Program-made: the position numbers and the translations under genes | Source: an uncultured Alphaproteobacteria bacterium | GTDB taxonomy: Bacteria > Pseudomonadota > Alphaproteobacteria > JAAXGF01 | Length of the DNA stretch: 59,344 nucleotides | Reading direction: 5' to 3' | Assembly: GCA_964645285.1 (NCBI GenBank) | Contig: CAZYDR010000007.1 | Coordinates: 1 to 59,344 of the forward strand | The notes under the pieces: model-generated | Databases searched by the model: none | What the model saw: the letters and a program-made list of their open reading frames with translations, nothing else | What the model was told of the DNA's origin: nothing | Shown here: positions 39,473 through 48,367 of the stretch, in pieces | Layout: every line of letters begins with the position of its first letter | Numbering within the stretch: the first letter of the stretch is position 1

Positions 39473-40992
39473 TCGGCGTCAATTTCGTCGATGAGTTCGA
39501 TGGCCTCCCGATTTCCCCTCTCGGCGGCTTTGCTCAGCCAAAACAGTGCTTCCTGCGAATCTTTGGAAACGATGCCTTCGATCTTGCCGTGATAGTATGG
39601 ACCGAGGAGAACCTGCGCGTTCTCGTTCCCGGCTTCGGCAAGCATTTTCATTAGAGAAACGAGTTTGCTAACAAACTCTTGCTTGGACTCATCGACCGGT
39701 TCGCCTTTGTCAGGATCGGAGCGAAATACAATCGCATGCTGCCAGAGAACGTCGATGACATAGCCGTCTCCTTGCTCGACGGCTTTACGCAACCAATGCA
39801 AAGCGTGCTGGAGCAAGACGCTGCTGTCATGTTGCTGCGGATGTTCTAAATACCTAAGGCCATATATAGCTCCCAGTCTAACTTGGCTTCTGGAATGGCC
39901 CCGCTCGGCGGCGTAGAGGTACCATTTTGTGGTCTCATCCTCGTTGCGGGTAATATAGAAATCGTCTTCGTAGAGACTGCCAAGTCTATGCGCCGCCTCC
40001 AAATAGCCCTGTTCGGCGGCTTGCTGGGACCATGAAATCGCCTCTTCGACGTTCTTGGTCACCCCACGGCCGTCCATGTACATCAGACCAACGCGGTACT
40101 TGGCTTCCGCGAAATTCTGATTAGCGGCCTTGAGGTACCATTTTATCGCTTCGCCGTAATTGCGGAGACCGGGCGGCACGATAGCGTAAACGCCGCCCAA
40201 GGCGAGTTGGGCCTGGGGATCACCACCGATTGCCGGCGGCTCGTGTTTCGCGATCGCCAATTCAAAGTAGTACCGCGCCTTTGCCGTATCTTTGAGGACG
40301 CCGAGTCCTGGAGCGTAAAGCTCCGCCAGAATCGTCATGCCATGAGCGTCGCCTTGTTGCGCTGCTCGCTTCGCCCACATGGCCGCGCGGTCATAGTTGG
40401 GTGTAATGGCTAATTTTTGGCGATAGATTTGCGCCAACTTCTACTGGGCCGTGACGACGCCTTGCTCTGCGGCTTCCTCAAGCCACTTGATTGCCTGACG
40501 TGGCCTTGATTGGATGAAGAAGAAATAACCAACCCCAGCCTGCCCCAAGCCGTTTCCCTGCACCCCAGATTTCCAGAACCAGTTGAAGGCTGTTTGCTCG
40601 TTCCTGGCGACACCGGCACCATCGGAGTAGGCCTGACCCAGCGCGGCTTGTGCCGGTGCGAAGCCTTGTTCGGCGGCGGTGCGGTAGTGCTCGACCGCGT
40701 CTTCGTCGCGTCGTCCCGCTTGCCGCGCTCGTCCGAGTTGGAATTCGAAGCGCGGGGTTGCGGGGAATTCCTCCAGGGCGGCTGAACAGGCCTCGATGGC
40801 GCTTGTCGCATCGATGTCTTCGAGCAGAACGCCGTCGGCGACCCGTTGGCGGTCGTGCTTGTGCGCCGCCAGCCGGTCGCAGTCGTGGACCGGAGGTTCG
40901 GCCGCGCCGACAGGCGCGGTTGTCGCTAGGATGAGCGCCAACAATACGAGGGTATGCGCTACAGGAAATATCAATCTGCGACAGTCCGCCAT
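39469..40992 (-). pseudogene. secreted Sel1-like repeat protein with internal TAG
   Basis: Signal peptide, HDCDRLAAH..D N-domain, many AAEQG..AQ..LG..Y...GV repeats; ORFs 40441-41022 and 39469-40437 are in frame across one TAG (40441-40443). Confidence 0.85.
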
Positions 40993-41008
40993 GATGTTTC
41001 CCCTGAAC

Positions 41009-41022
41009 GCCGTAACAATCAC
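41009..41022. repeat. 14-bp direct repeat, right copy
   Basis: GCCGTAACAATCAC; followed by hairpin CGCGAAGGA-N6-TCCTTCGCG (41028-41051). Confidence 0.75.
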
Positions 41023-41136
41023 ATAGCCGCGAAGGAACGCGATCCTTCGCGCGACAAAATTCGATTTCTATTATTGAGCTATGCCACCATCCAGAGCAAC
41101 CGGAATGGTTGAGATACGGAAACGCCTACATCCGCC

Positions 41137-42507
41137 TCACAAATACCCGTTCCGCGTCTGCGGCAACCTTCGTCCTAACAACCGCGACGCTACCACCGTG
41201 CGCAAAATTTGCGCGGTACCGCCGCCGATGGTGAACATGCGGGCGTCGCGGACCATGCGCTCCAGGGGGCGGTTGCGCGAGTAGCCGGCGGCGCCGAATA
41301 TCTGCAGCGCCGCGTTGGTCACCTCGATGGCCATGTCGGCGGTGAAGATCTTGGCCTGGGCGGCCTCGACGATATCGGGGAAGCCGCGCCGGGCAGCGGC
41401 TTTGTGGATCAGGGCGCGGGATGCCTCTAGCTTGGTGCTCATGTCGGCGAGCATCCATTGCAGGCCCTGGAACTCGGCGATCGGGCGGCCGAACTGGTGG
41501 CGTTCCTTGGCGTGCTTGAGGGCGAGCTGGAAGGCGCCCTCGGCGATGCCGAGCGCCACCGTGGCGGCGCCGATGCGCTGGCCGTTGTAGGCCTTCATCA
41601 GATCACCGAAGCCGTGACGCAGGCCGCGCGGCGGCATCAGGGCCATATGCTCGGACACTTCCAGGTCATGGAACAGGACCTCAGTCTCGGGCAGGCCACG
41701 GAGACCCATAGCGGGCTCGCGGCGGCCGATGATCAGGCCCTTGGCGCAGTCGAGTAGCCTGAGCATCTCGAAGTGCTCGGCTGAGCCGCGCTCGACGGTC
41801 CAGCGGGTGTTGATGGCGTGGCGGGCGCCGAAATGGGCGCGCAGGCGACGCCGCGCGGTGCTTTCCGACATGGCAGGTTTGTGCTCGGCCATGATGTCCT
41901 GGAGGGTCAGGCGACCGCCGGTCTCCGCTCCCGCCCGCGCCTTGGGGCGGACCACCATAAAGGCGCCGATGCCCTGCTCCTGGTCGAACTCGTCGAACAC
42001 CCGGGCGAAGATCATGTGCAGGCGCGAGACGCCGCCGCCGGTGATCCAGTGCTTGGCGCCGTTGATGACGTAGCGGTCGCCGCGCTTGTCGGCCCGGGTG
42101 GTCATCTCGGTGGCGGCCGAGCCGGCCTCGGGTTCGGTGATACAGATCGCCGGTTTGTCGCCGGCCAGGACCAGTTTGGCGACCAGCTTCTTCTGGGCCT
42201 CGGAGCCGTAGGCCATGATGGCGCCGACCGCGCCCATGTTGCCCTCGACGACGATGCGCGCGGTGACGCCGCAGGCCTTGGCCATCTCCTCGACCACCAG
42301 CACCGCCTCGAGATAGCCGAGCCCGGCGCCGCCCAGGGCCTTGGGAATGGTCATGCCCATGAAGCCGGCCTTGGTCAGGGTCCGGACGTTGTTCCACGGG
42401 TAGGCCTCGGTGCGGTCAACCTCGGCGGCGCGCCCGGCGATAACCCCCTCGGCCAACGCCCGCGCCCGCTCCCGCAACTCGATCTGCGCTCGGGTTAGTT
42501 TGGTCAT
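41137..42507 (-). CDS. acdA: acyl-CoA dehydrogenase family, 3-sulfinopropanoyl-CoA desulfinase (AcdA)-like, with internal insertion
   Basis: YPWNNV, GDKPAICITEPEAGSAATEMTTRA, WITGGGVSRLH, AYNGQRIGA, DARMFTIGGGTAQILR, LPQTRNGY; lacks the canonical catalytic Glu, as AcdA does. Confidence 0.8.
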   Translation of the reverse strand: MTKLTRAQIELRERARALAEGVIAGRAAEVDRTEAYPWNNVRTLTKAGFMGMTIPKALGGAGLGYLEAVLVVEEMAKACGVTARIVVEGNMGAVGAIMAYGSEAQKKLVAKLVLAGDKPAICITEPEAGSAATEMTTRADKRGDRYVINGAKHWITGGGVSRLHMIFARVFDEFDQEQGIGAFMVVRPKARAGAETGGRLTLQDIMAEHKPAMSESTARRRLRAHFGARHAINTRWTVERGSAEHFEMLRLLDCAKGLIIGRREPAMGLRGLPETEVLFHDLEVSEHMALMPPRGLRHGFGDLMKAYNGQRIGAATVALGIAEGAFQLALKHAKERHQFGRPIAEFQGLQWMLADMSTKLEASRALIHKAAARRGFPDIVEAAQAKIFTADMAIEVTNAALQIFGAAGYSRNRPLERMVRDARMFTIGGGTAQILRTVVASRLLGRRLPQTRNGYL

Positions 42508-42525
42508 GAGGCGAGTATGGGGTGA

Positions 42526-43440
42526 CTACGTGAAAACCGCCAGAGCCAAGGGCAGGGTTACGGCGGCGCTTAGGGTGCTGGCGGCGACGACCTGGGCCAT
42601 GAGGCCGGCGTCGCCGCCCATCTGGCGGGCCAGGACGAAGGCGCTGGAGGCCGCCGGGGCGCCGGCGAACAGGATGACCACGCTGGTGCTCATGCCGGTG
42701 ACGCCGAACAGCCAGCAGCCCACCGCCGCCACCGCCGGTATCAACACCAGCTTGACGGCGCAGGAGACGGCGATGCCATTGCGCGCCGAGCCCAGGCCCT
42801 TGAAGCTCAATCCGGCGCCGACGCACAACAGACCGACCGCCAGGGCCGAGCGACCGAGGATGTCGAGCAGGGCGTCGATGACCGGCGGTGCGCCGATGCC
42901 GGTGGCGTTGAGCAGGGCGCCCAGGGCGCAGGCGATGATCATGGGATTGCGCGCCACGGTCCAGGTGACCCGCCGCCAGTCAGCCGGCTGGGGTGTGGCG
43001 TAACGGCCCAACACGGTGACGCTCAAGGCGTTGACCACGGGCACGCAGGCGGCCACGGCAACGGCGGCCAGGGTCAGCCCGGCCTCGCCGTGGAGCGCTA
43101 CCGAGGCGGCCATGCCGGCGTAGATGTTGCCGCGCACGGCGCCCTGGAACAGCGACGTGAAAGCCGGTCCGTCAGGCGTCAGGAAACGGCGCAGGCCCAG
43201 CATCACCGCGGCGCCGACCAGCAGAGCGACCATGATGACGATCATGATCGGCGCAATATCGAGATCGCCCAGGGGCGCGGCCGCCAGGTTGCCGACAATC
43301 AGTGCCGGCATCAGGATGTAATAGGCGATGCGCTCGGCCGGCGCCCAGAAGCCGTCGCCGGCGAAGTTCCAGCGCTTGAGGACCCAGCCGATGGCGATGA
43401 CCAGACCTACCGGGGCGAGAGCGAATACGGTTTCTATCAT
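42526..43440 (-). CDS. AEC (auxin efflux carrier) family transporter
   Basis: FWAPAERIAYYILMPAL, FTSLFQGAVRGN, NPMIIAC, P.ASSAFVLARQMGGD. Confidence 0.88.
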   Translation of the reverse strand: MIETVFALAPVGLVIAIGWVLKRWNFAGDGFWAPAERIAYYILMPALIVGNLAAAPLGDLDIAPIMIVIMVALLVGAAVMLGLRRFLTPDGPAFTSLFQGAVRGNIYAGMAASVALHGEAGLTLAAVAVAACVPVVNALSVTVLGRYATPQPADWRRVTWTVARNPMIIACALGALLNATGIGAPPVIDALLDILGRSALAVGLLCVGAGLSFKGLGSARNGIAVSCAVKLVLIPAVAAVGCWLFGVTGMSTSVVILFAGAPAASSAFVLARQMGGDAGLMAQVVAASTLSAAVTLPLALAVFT

Positions 43441-43913
43441 CAGTAGGACATCAGATCGAGGGCGCCCTGGAGGATCACCGCCGCCGCCATCTTGTCGATG
43501 ACTTCGGCCCGGCGCTTGCGCGACATGTCGGCTTCGAGCAGGGCGCGCTCGGCGGCCACGGTCGACAGCCGCTCGTCCCACAGGGCGGCGGGAATAGGAA
43601 TGACTTCCAGCACATTGGCGGCGAACTGGCGCACCGACTGGCAGCGCGGCCCCTCGCTGCCGTCCATGTTGATCGGCAGGCCGATGATCAGGGCGGCGAT
43701 TTCGTGTTCCTCGACCAGGGCCTTGAGTTCGGCTACATCGGCGCGGAATTTGGTGCGCCGAATGGTGGTGGTCGGCGTGGCGATGATGCGCCCGAGGTCA
43801 GAGAGCGCGATGCCGATGGTTTTGACACCCACATCAAGACCCAGCAGGCGCTGGCCGAACTTCAGTTCGGGCAGCAGATCGCGCGGGTTTTCCGCGGGCT
43901 TGCGATGGCTCAT
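43440..43913 (-). CDS. ruvX: pre-16S rRNA nuclease YqgF / Holliday junction resolvase RuvX
   Basis: LLGLDVGVKTIGIALSD, GLPINMDGSEGPR, WDERLST, IDKMAAAVILQ. Confidence 0.95.
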   Translation of the reverse strand: MSHRKPAENPRDLLPELKFGQRLLGLDVGVKTIGIALSDLGRIIATPTTTIRRTKFRADVAELKALVEEHEIAALIIGLPINMDGSEGPRCQSVRQFAANVLEVIPIPAALWDERLSTVAAERALLEADMSRKRRAEVIDKMAAAVILQGALDLMSY

Positions 43914-44001
43914 ATCGAATGTTACCTTGCCGCGCTCAATCAGCCCGAAAGCCTTGGTCCCCTGCGCTTTCGGGTCGTTTTTCGGGGCCGGACAATGTCA
44001 C

Positions 44002-44289
44002 ATGTCGATTGATAAAGCCACCGTGGCGAAAATCGCCCGGCTCGCCCGCATCCACGTGCCCGAGGAGAACCAGGAGGCGCTGGCCGGCGAGCTGTCGAAC
44101 ATCCTTGGCTGGGTCGAGCAGCTTGCCGAGGTCAATACCGATGATGTGGCGCCCATGACCAGCGTGGTTGAAGTCGATCTGCCGCGACGGGAAGACGCGG
44201 TCACCGACGGCGATTGCCAGGATAAAGTGCTGGCCAATGCACCGAGCCGCGACGGCGGTTTCTTCGTCGTGCCCAGGGTGATCGAGTGA
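44002..44289 (+). CDS. gatC: Asp/Glu-tRNA amidotransferase subunit C
   Basis: [17 protein letters not shown]...[16 protein letters not shown]...RED.V...NAP....FFVVPRVIE. Confidence 0.96.
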   Translation: MSIDKATVAKIARLARIHVPEENQEALAGELSNILGWVEQLAEVNTDDVAPMTSVVEVDLPRREDAVTDGDCQDKVLANAPSRDGGFFVVPRVIE

Positions 44290-45761
44290 TGAACGATCTT
44301 ACCGGCATCACCATCGCCGAGGCCCGCGATAAGCTCGCCAGCGGTACGGTTTCATCGCGCGAGCTGACCGAGGCTCATGTGGCGGCGGTCGGGGCGGCGC
44401 GGCCGCTCAACGCCTTCATCACCGAGACCCCGGATCAGGCCCTGGCCATGGCCGATGCCTCCGATGCACGCCGCGCCAAAGGCGACGTCGGGGCTATGGA
44501 CGGCATCCCTATCGCCATCAAGGACCTCTATTGCACCGAGGGCGTGCTGACCACCGCCGGCTCGGCCATCCTGGGCAATTTCGTGCCGCCCTATGAATCA
44601 ACCGTCACCGCCAATCTTTGGAAGGCCGGGGCGGTGATGCTGGGCAAGACCAGCATGGACGAGTTCGCCATGGGCTCGTCGAACATGTTCAGCTTCAAGG
44701 GCCCGGTGGCCAGCCCGTGGCGCCGCGCCGGCGACAAACGCGACCTGGTGCCCGGCGGCTCGTCCGGCGGCTCGGCGGCGACGGTGGCGGCGCGGGCGGC
44801 GCTGGGCGCTACCGGCACCGATACCGGCGGCTCGATCCGTCAGCCTGCGTCGTTCACCGGCATCGTCGGCATGAAGCCGACCTATGGGCGCTGCTCGCGC
44901 TGGGGCATCATCGCTTTTGCCTCGTCCCTCGATCAGGCCGGACCCCTGGTGCGCAGTGTGCGCGACGCCGCCATCATGCTCGGCGCCATGGCCGGCCATG
45001 ACCCCAAGGACTCAACCTCGGTGGATATCCCGGTGCCGGACTACGAGGCGGTGCTGGGCGGTGGAGTGAAGGGTCTGCGGGTCGGCATCCCGGCCGAGTA
45101 CCGGATCGACGGCATGCCCGGCGAAATCGAATTATTGTGGGACCAGGGCATCGCTTGGATGAAAGACCAGGGCGCCGAGATCGTCGATATCAGTCTGCCT
45201 CACACCAAATATGCGCTGCCGGCTTATTATATCGTCGCCCCGGCTGAAGCATCGTCGAACCTGGCGCGCTATGACGGCATGCGATATGGCCTCAGGGTCG
45301 ATGCCAGCGACCTCGACGACATGTACGAGCGCACCCGGGCCGAGGGCTTCGGCGCCGAGGTTCAACGCCGGGTGCTGATCGGCACCTATGTGCTGTCGGC
45401 AGGCTACTACGACGCCTATTACATCAAGGCCCAGAAGGTGCGGACCCTGATCGCCGGCGATTTCAAGTCGGCCTTCGAGGGCATCGACGTGGTGCTGACC
45501 CCGACCGCGCCGTCGGACGCCTTCGCCGTCGGCGACAAGGCCGACGATCCCATCGCCATGTACCTCAACGATGTCTTCACGGTGCCCGCCAGCCTTGCCG
45601 GCCTGCCGGCAATATCCGTGCCCGCCGGGCTTTCCGCCGACGGCTTGCCATTGGGCCTGCACCTGATCGGCAAGCCGTTTGACGAAGCGACTGTGTTGCG
45701 CGCCGCCGCGGCCCTGGAAGACACCGCCGGTTTCAGCGCTCTGCCTCAGGGGGTGGTGTGA
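44289..45761 (+). CDS. gatA: Asp/Glu-tRNA amidotransferase subunit A
   Basis: [53 protein letters not shown]. Confidence 0.97.
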   Translation: MNDLTGITIAEARDKLASGTVSSRELTEAHVAAVGAARPLNAFITETPDQALAMADASDARRAKGDVGAMDGIPIAIKDLYCTEGVLTTAGSAILGNFVPPYESTVTANLWKAGAVMLGKTSMDEFAMGSSNMFSFKGPVASPWRRAGDKRDLVPGGSSGGSAATVAARAALGATGTDTGGSIRQPASFTGIVGMKPTYGRCSRWGIIAFASSLDQAGPLVRSVRDAAIMLGAMAGHDPKDSTSVDIPVPDYEAVLGGGVKGLRVGIPAEYRIDGMPGEIELLWDQGIAWMKDQGAEIVDISLPHTKYALPAYYIVAPAEASSNLARYDGMRYGLRVDASDLDDMYERTRAEGFGAEVQRRVLIGTYVLSAGYYDAYYIKAQKVRTLIAGDFKSAFEGIDVVLTPTAPSDAFAVGDKADDPIAMYLNDVFTVPASLAGLPAISVPAGLSADGLPLGLHLIGKPFDEATVLRAAAALEDTAGFSALPQGVV

Positions 45762-47218
45762 TGTCCCACGATAATCTCATGAAAGGCAGCACCGGCGACT
45801 GGGAAGTGATCGTCGGCTGTGAGGTTCATGCCCAGGTGGTGTCGAAGTCGAAGCTGTTCTCCGGCGCCAGTACCGCCTTCGGGGCCGAGCCCAACTGTCA
45901 GGTCAGTCTGGTCGACGCCGCCATGCCGGGCATGCTGCCGGTGATCAATCAGGTCTGTGTCGAGCAGGCGGTGCGCACCGGCTTGGCGCTCGGCGCCGAA
46001 ATCAACTGCTTCTCGGTGTTCGACCGCAAGAACTACTTCTATCCGGATCTGCCCCAGGGCTATCAGATTTCCCAGTTCAGCCAACCCGTCGTCGGATATG
46101 GCGAGGTGCATCTCGATCTTGAGGGCGGCGAGACGCGCACCGTCGGCATCACCCGCATCCATCTCGAGCAGGACGCCGGCAAGAGCGCCCACGACCGCGA
46201 TCCCAGGGCGACCCATGTGGACCTCAACCGCTCCGGCGTCGCGCTCATGGAGATCGTTTCCGAGCCCGACATGCGCTCGGCTGCCGAGGCCGGCGCCTTC
46301 ATGACCAAGCTGCGCTCGATCCTGCGCGCTATCAGCACCTGCGACGGCAACATGGAACAGGGTTCCATGCGTTGCGACGTCAACGTTTCGGTGCGCCGGC
46401 CCGGCGCCGAGCTCGGCACCCGTACGGAGACCAAGAACGTCAACTCGATCCGCTTCATCATGCGCGCTATCGACTACGAGGTGCAGCGCCAGATCGAACT
46501 CATCGAGGGCGGCGGCGAGGTGGCCCAGGAGACTCTGCTGTTCGACCCGGACAAGGGCGAGACCCGGCCCATGCGATCCAAGGAAGAGGCTCACGATTAT
46601 CGCTACTTCTCGGACCCGGACCTGCTGCCCCTGACCTTCGAGCAATCCTGGGTCGACGAGATTGCGGCCAGCCTGCCGGAACTACCCGACGCCCGGCGTC
46701 AGCGTTTTATGGACGACTTCGGCCTTACCGCCGACGATGCCGACCAGCTCGTCGCCGAGGGCGAGAGCGCCGATTACTTCGAAGCAGTGGCCAAGGGCAG
46801 TGACGGCAAACTGGCGGCCAACTGGGTGATCCACGATCTATTCGGGGCGCTTAACAAGGCGGAACTGGAAATCGACCAGTCGCCGATCAGCGCCGAGGCG
46901 CTGGGCGGTCTCATCGACCTTATTTCCGACGGTACGATTTCAGGGCGCATTGCCCGGAACGTCTTCGCCGAGATGTTCGAGACCGGCAAAGCAGCCGCCG
47001 CCATCGTCGAGGAGAAGGGCCTCAAGCAGGTCACCGACACGGGCGAGATCGAGCCGATCATCGATGCCCTCATCGCCGACAACCCCGGCCAGGCCGGGCA
47101 ATACGCCGACAACCCCAGGGTCATCGACTGGTTCGTCGGCCAGGTTATGAAAGCGACCAAAGGCCAGGCCAACCCCGGCGTGGTCAACGAGTTACTGCGT
47201 AAGAAACTCGGCGGGTAG
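45761..47218 (+). CDS. gatB: Asp/Glu-tRNA amidotransferase subunit B
   Basis: [65 protein letters not shown]. Confidence 0.97.
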   Translation: MSHDNLMKGSTGDWEVIVGCEVHAQVVSKSKLFSGASTAFGAEPNCQVSLVDAAMPGMLPVINQVCVEQAVRTGLALGAEINCFSVFDRKNYFYPDLPQGYQISQFSQPVVGYGEVHLDLEGGETRTVGITRIHLEQDAGKSAHDRDPRATHVDLNRSGVALMEIVSEPDMRSAAEAGAFMTKLRSILRAISTCDGNMEQGSMRCDVNVSVRRPGAELGTRTETKNVNSIRFIMRAIDYEVQRQIELIEGGGEVAQETLLFDPDKGETRPMRSKEEAHDYRYFSDPDLLPLTFEQSWVDEIAASLPELPDARRQRFMDDFGLTADDADQLVAEGESADYFEAVAKGSDGKLAANWVIHDLFGALNKAELEIDQSPISAEALGGLIDLISDGTISGRIARNVFAEMFETGKAAAAIVEEKGLKQVTDTGEIEPIIDALIADNPGQAGQYADNPRVIDWFVGQVMKATKGQANPGVVNELLRKKLGG

Positions 47219-47253
47219 GAGACGCGGCCACCGCCGTGCCTCCCTCTCCACTG

Positions 47254-47722
47254 TTATCGATGGCCGCCGTGGCGGGCCATGTGCTCGTTGATCGTCGCCC
47301 GTTGTTCGTCGTCCAGCACCGCATAGAGCGCATTGAAAGCCGGGCGGACATCGCGGATCGCCTCAAGCCCGGCTACGGTCGCAGTTTCCGCCAGTGCCAA
47401 GGCCTCCGGGGCGGTCGCGGGTAGGGCACGCATATCACCACAGAGGGTCTTCAACCGATCACTGGTGTGGTCCAGGGAGTCGGTGAAGGCGGTCCAGGCT
47501 GACTCCTGGTCGGCGGTGATGGCGAGATGCGTCTTGCCGTCGGCCACCAGGGCTGTAAAGTCGCGGTCGCAGGCCTGGGTCATGCCATTGTGTCCGCGCC
47601 ATTGGCTGCTATTGCCCGCATAGGCGTCGAAGGCAGTCCAGGCGAGAGCGCCGAAGGCAACGATCGCCAGGGCGATTGAAAAGAGATTGAAATGTTTGGT
47701 GCGCGTGTAAGGTTTTTTTCAT
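47254..47722 (-). pseudogene. Spy/CpxP (LTXXQ) family periplasmic protein; signal peptide out of frame with the ATG because of an A7 run
   Basis: LAITADQESAW..F, LYAVLDDEQRA; ATG(A)7CC at 47711-47722; A6 would give MKKPYTRTKHFNLFSIALAIVAFGALAWTAFDAYA. Confidence 0.7.
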
Positions 47723-47752
47723 GAGTGGCGTTCCTTTCCGGTTAATCAAAGA

Positions 47753-47809
47753 ATGACAATCAAGTTGTCATGTTGTAATGACTATGTAAGAACGACAACT
47801 TGATTGTCA
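47753..47809. promoter_or_regulatory. pair of MarR-type operator palindromes between divergent genes
   Basis: ATGACAA-TCAAG-TTGTCAT (47753-47771); 47794-47809 is the exact 16-bp reverse complement of 47754-47769. Confidence 0.75.
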
Positions 47810-47842
47810 AGTGATGATGTCGGACGGAAGGAGAAATAAAAC

Positions 47843-48301
47843 ATGGCCAGACGTAAATCGGGACGCACACCGGAGAGACAAGCGCTGCTCGACGTGGTGG
47901 TCGAGACCACCCACACATTCTTTCGCCTGCGGGCGGCGGGCGCAAAATTCGGTGCGACCACGCCGACCGGCGGCTCGACCCTGGGGCTGTTGCGCTCGCT
48001 AAAGTCACGGGGACCGCTAACCGTGCCCACGATTGCCCGCATGCGCCCGGTGGCGCGCCAGCACATTCAGAAGCTGGCCAACCAGATGGCCGCCGACGGT
48101 CTGGTCGAATTCATCGACAACCCGGCCCACAAGCGTTCGAAGCTGCTGCGTCTGACGCCGAAGGGCGAGAAGACCCACGACGAACTGCTGGGCCATATGG
48201 TCGATCTGGCGGAATTCCTGGCTGGCGATATGGACCCGGAAGCGCTGCGCATCACCGCCGAAACCCTGGCCGATCTACGATCTCGATTGGAGACTATTTG
48301 A
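47843..48301 (+). CDS. MarR family transcriptional regulator
   Basis: GPLTVPTIARMRPVARQHIQKLAN.M..DGLVEF.DNPAHKRSKLLRLTPKG; RBS AAGGAG. Confidence 0.92.
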   Translation: MARRKSGRTPERQALLDVVVETTHTFFRLRAAGAKFGATTPTGGSTLGLLRSLKSRGPLTVPTIARMRPVARQHIQKLANQMAADGLVEFIDNPAHKRSKLLRLTPKGEKTHDELLGHMVDLAEFLAGDMDPEALRITAETLADLRSRLETI

Positions 48302-48367
48302 GCTATTTCCCCTGCGCTCATCTGGCGCTAGTGTGCGCCTATCATCGTCGCGTTCAGGGAGGCTGGT

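Noticed and set aside
38115-39494. Long antisense ORFs (459 aa here; also 5295-6419, 36908-37864, 45746-46645)
   Set aside because: Shadow frames of real genes, expected from high-GC codon bias; no recognisable motifs.
21421-40443. Genome-wide reassignment of TAG to Trp or pyrrolysine
   Set aside because: TAG ends several intact genes at their expected C-termini here (dac, GNAT, gatB, pyrC); dprA also has an internal TAA; other genes are broken by indels; no pyl genes or suppressor tRNA in the window.
41740-41949. Intein in acdA
   Set aside because: Too short, with no N-terminal Cys/Ser block and no His-Asn followed by Cys/Ser/Thr at the C-terminal junction.
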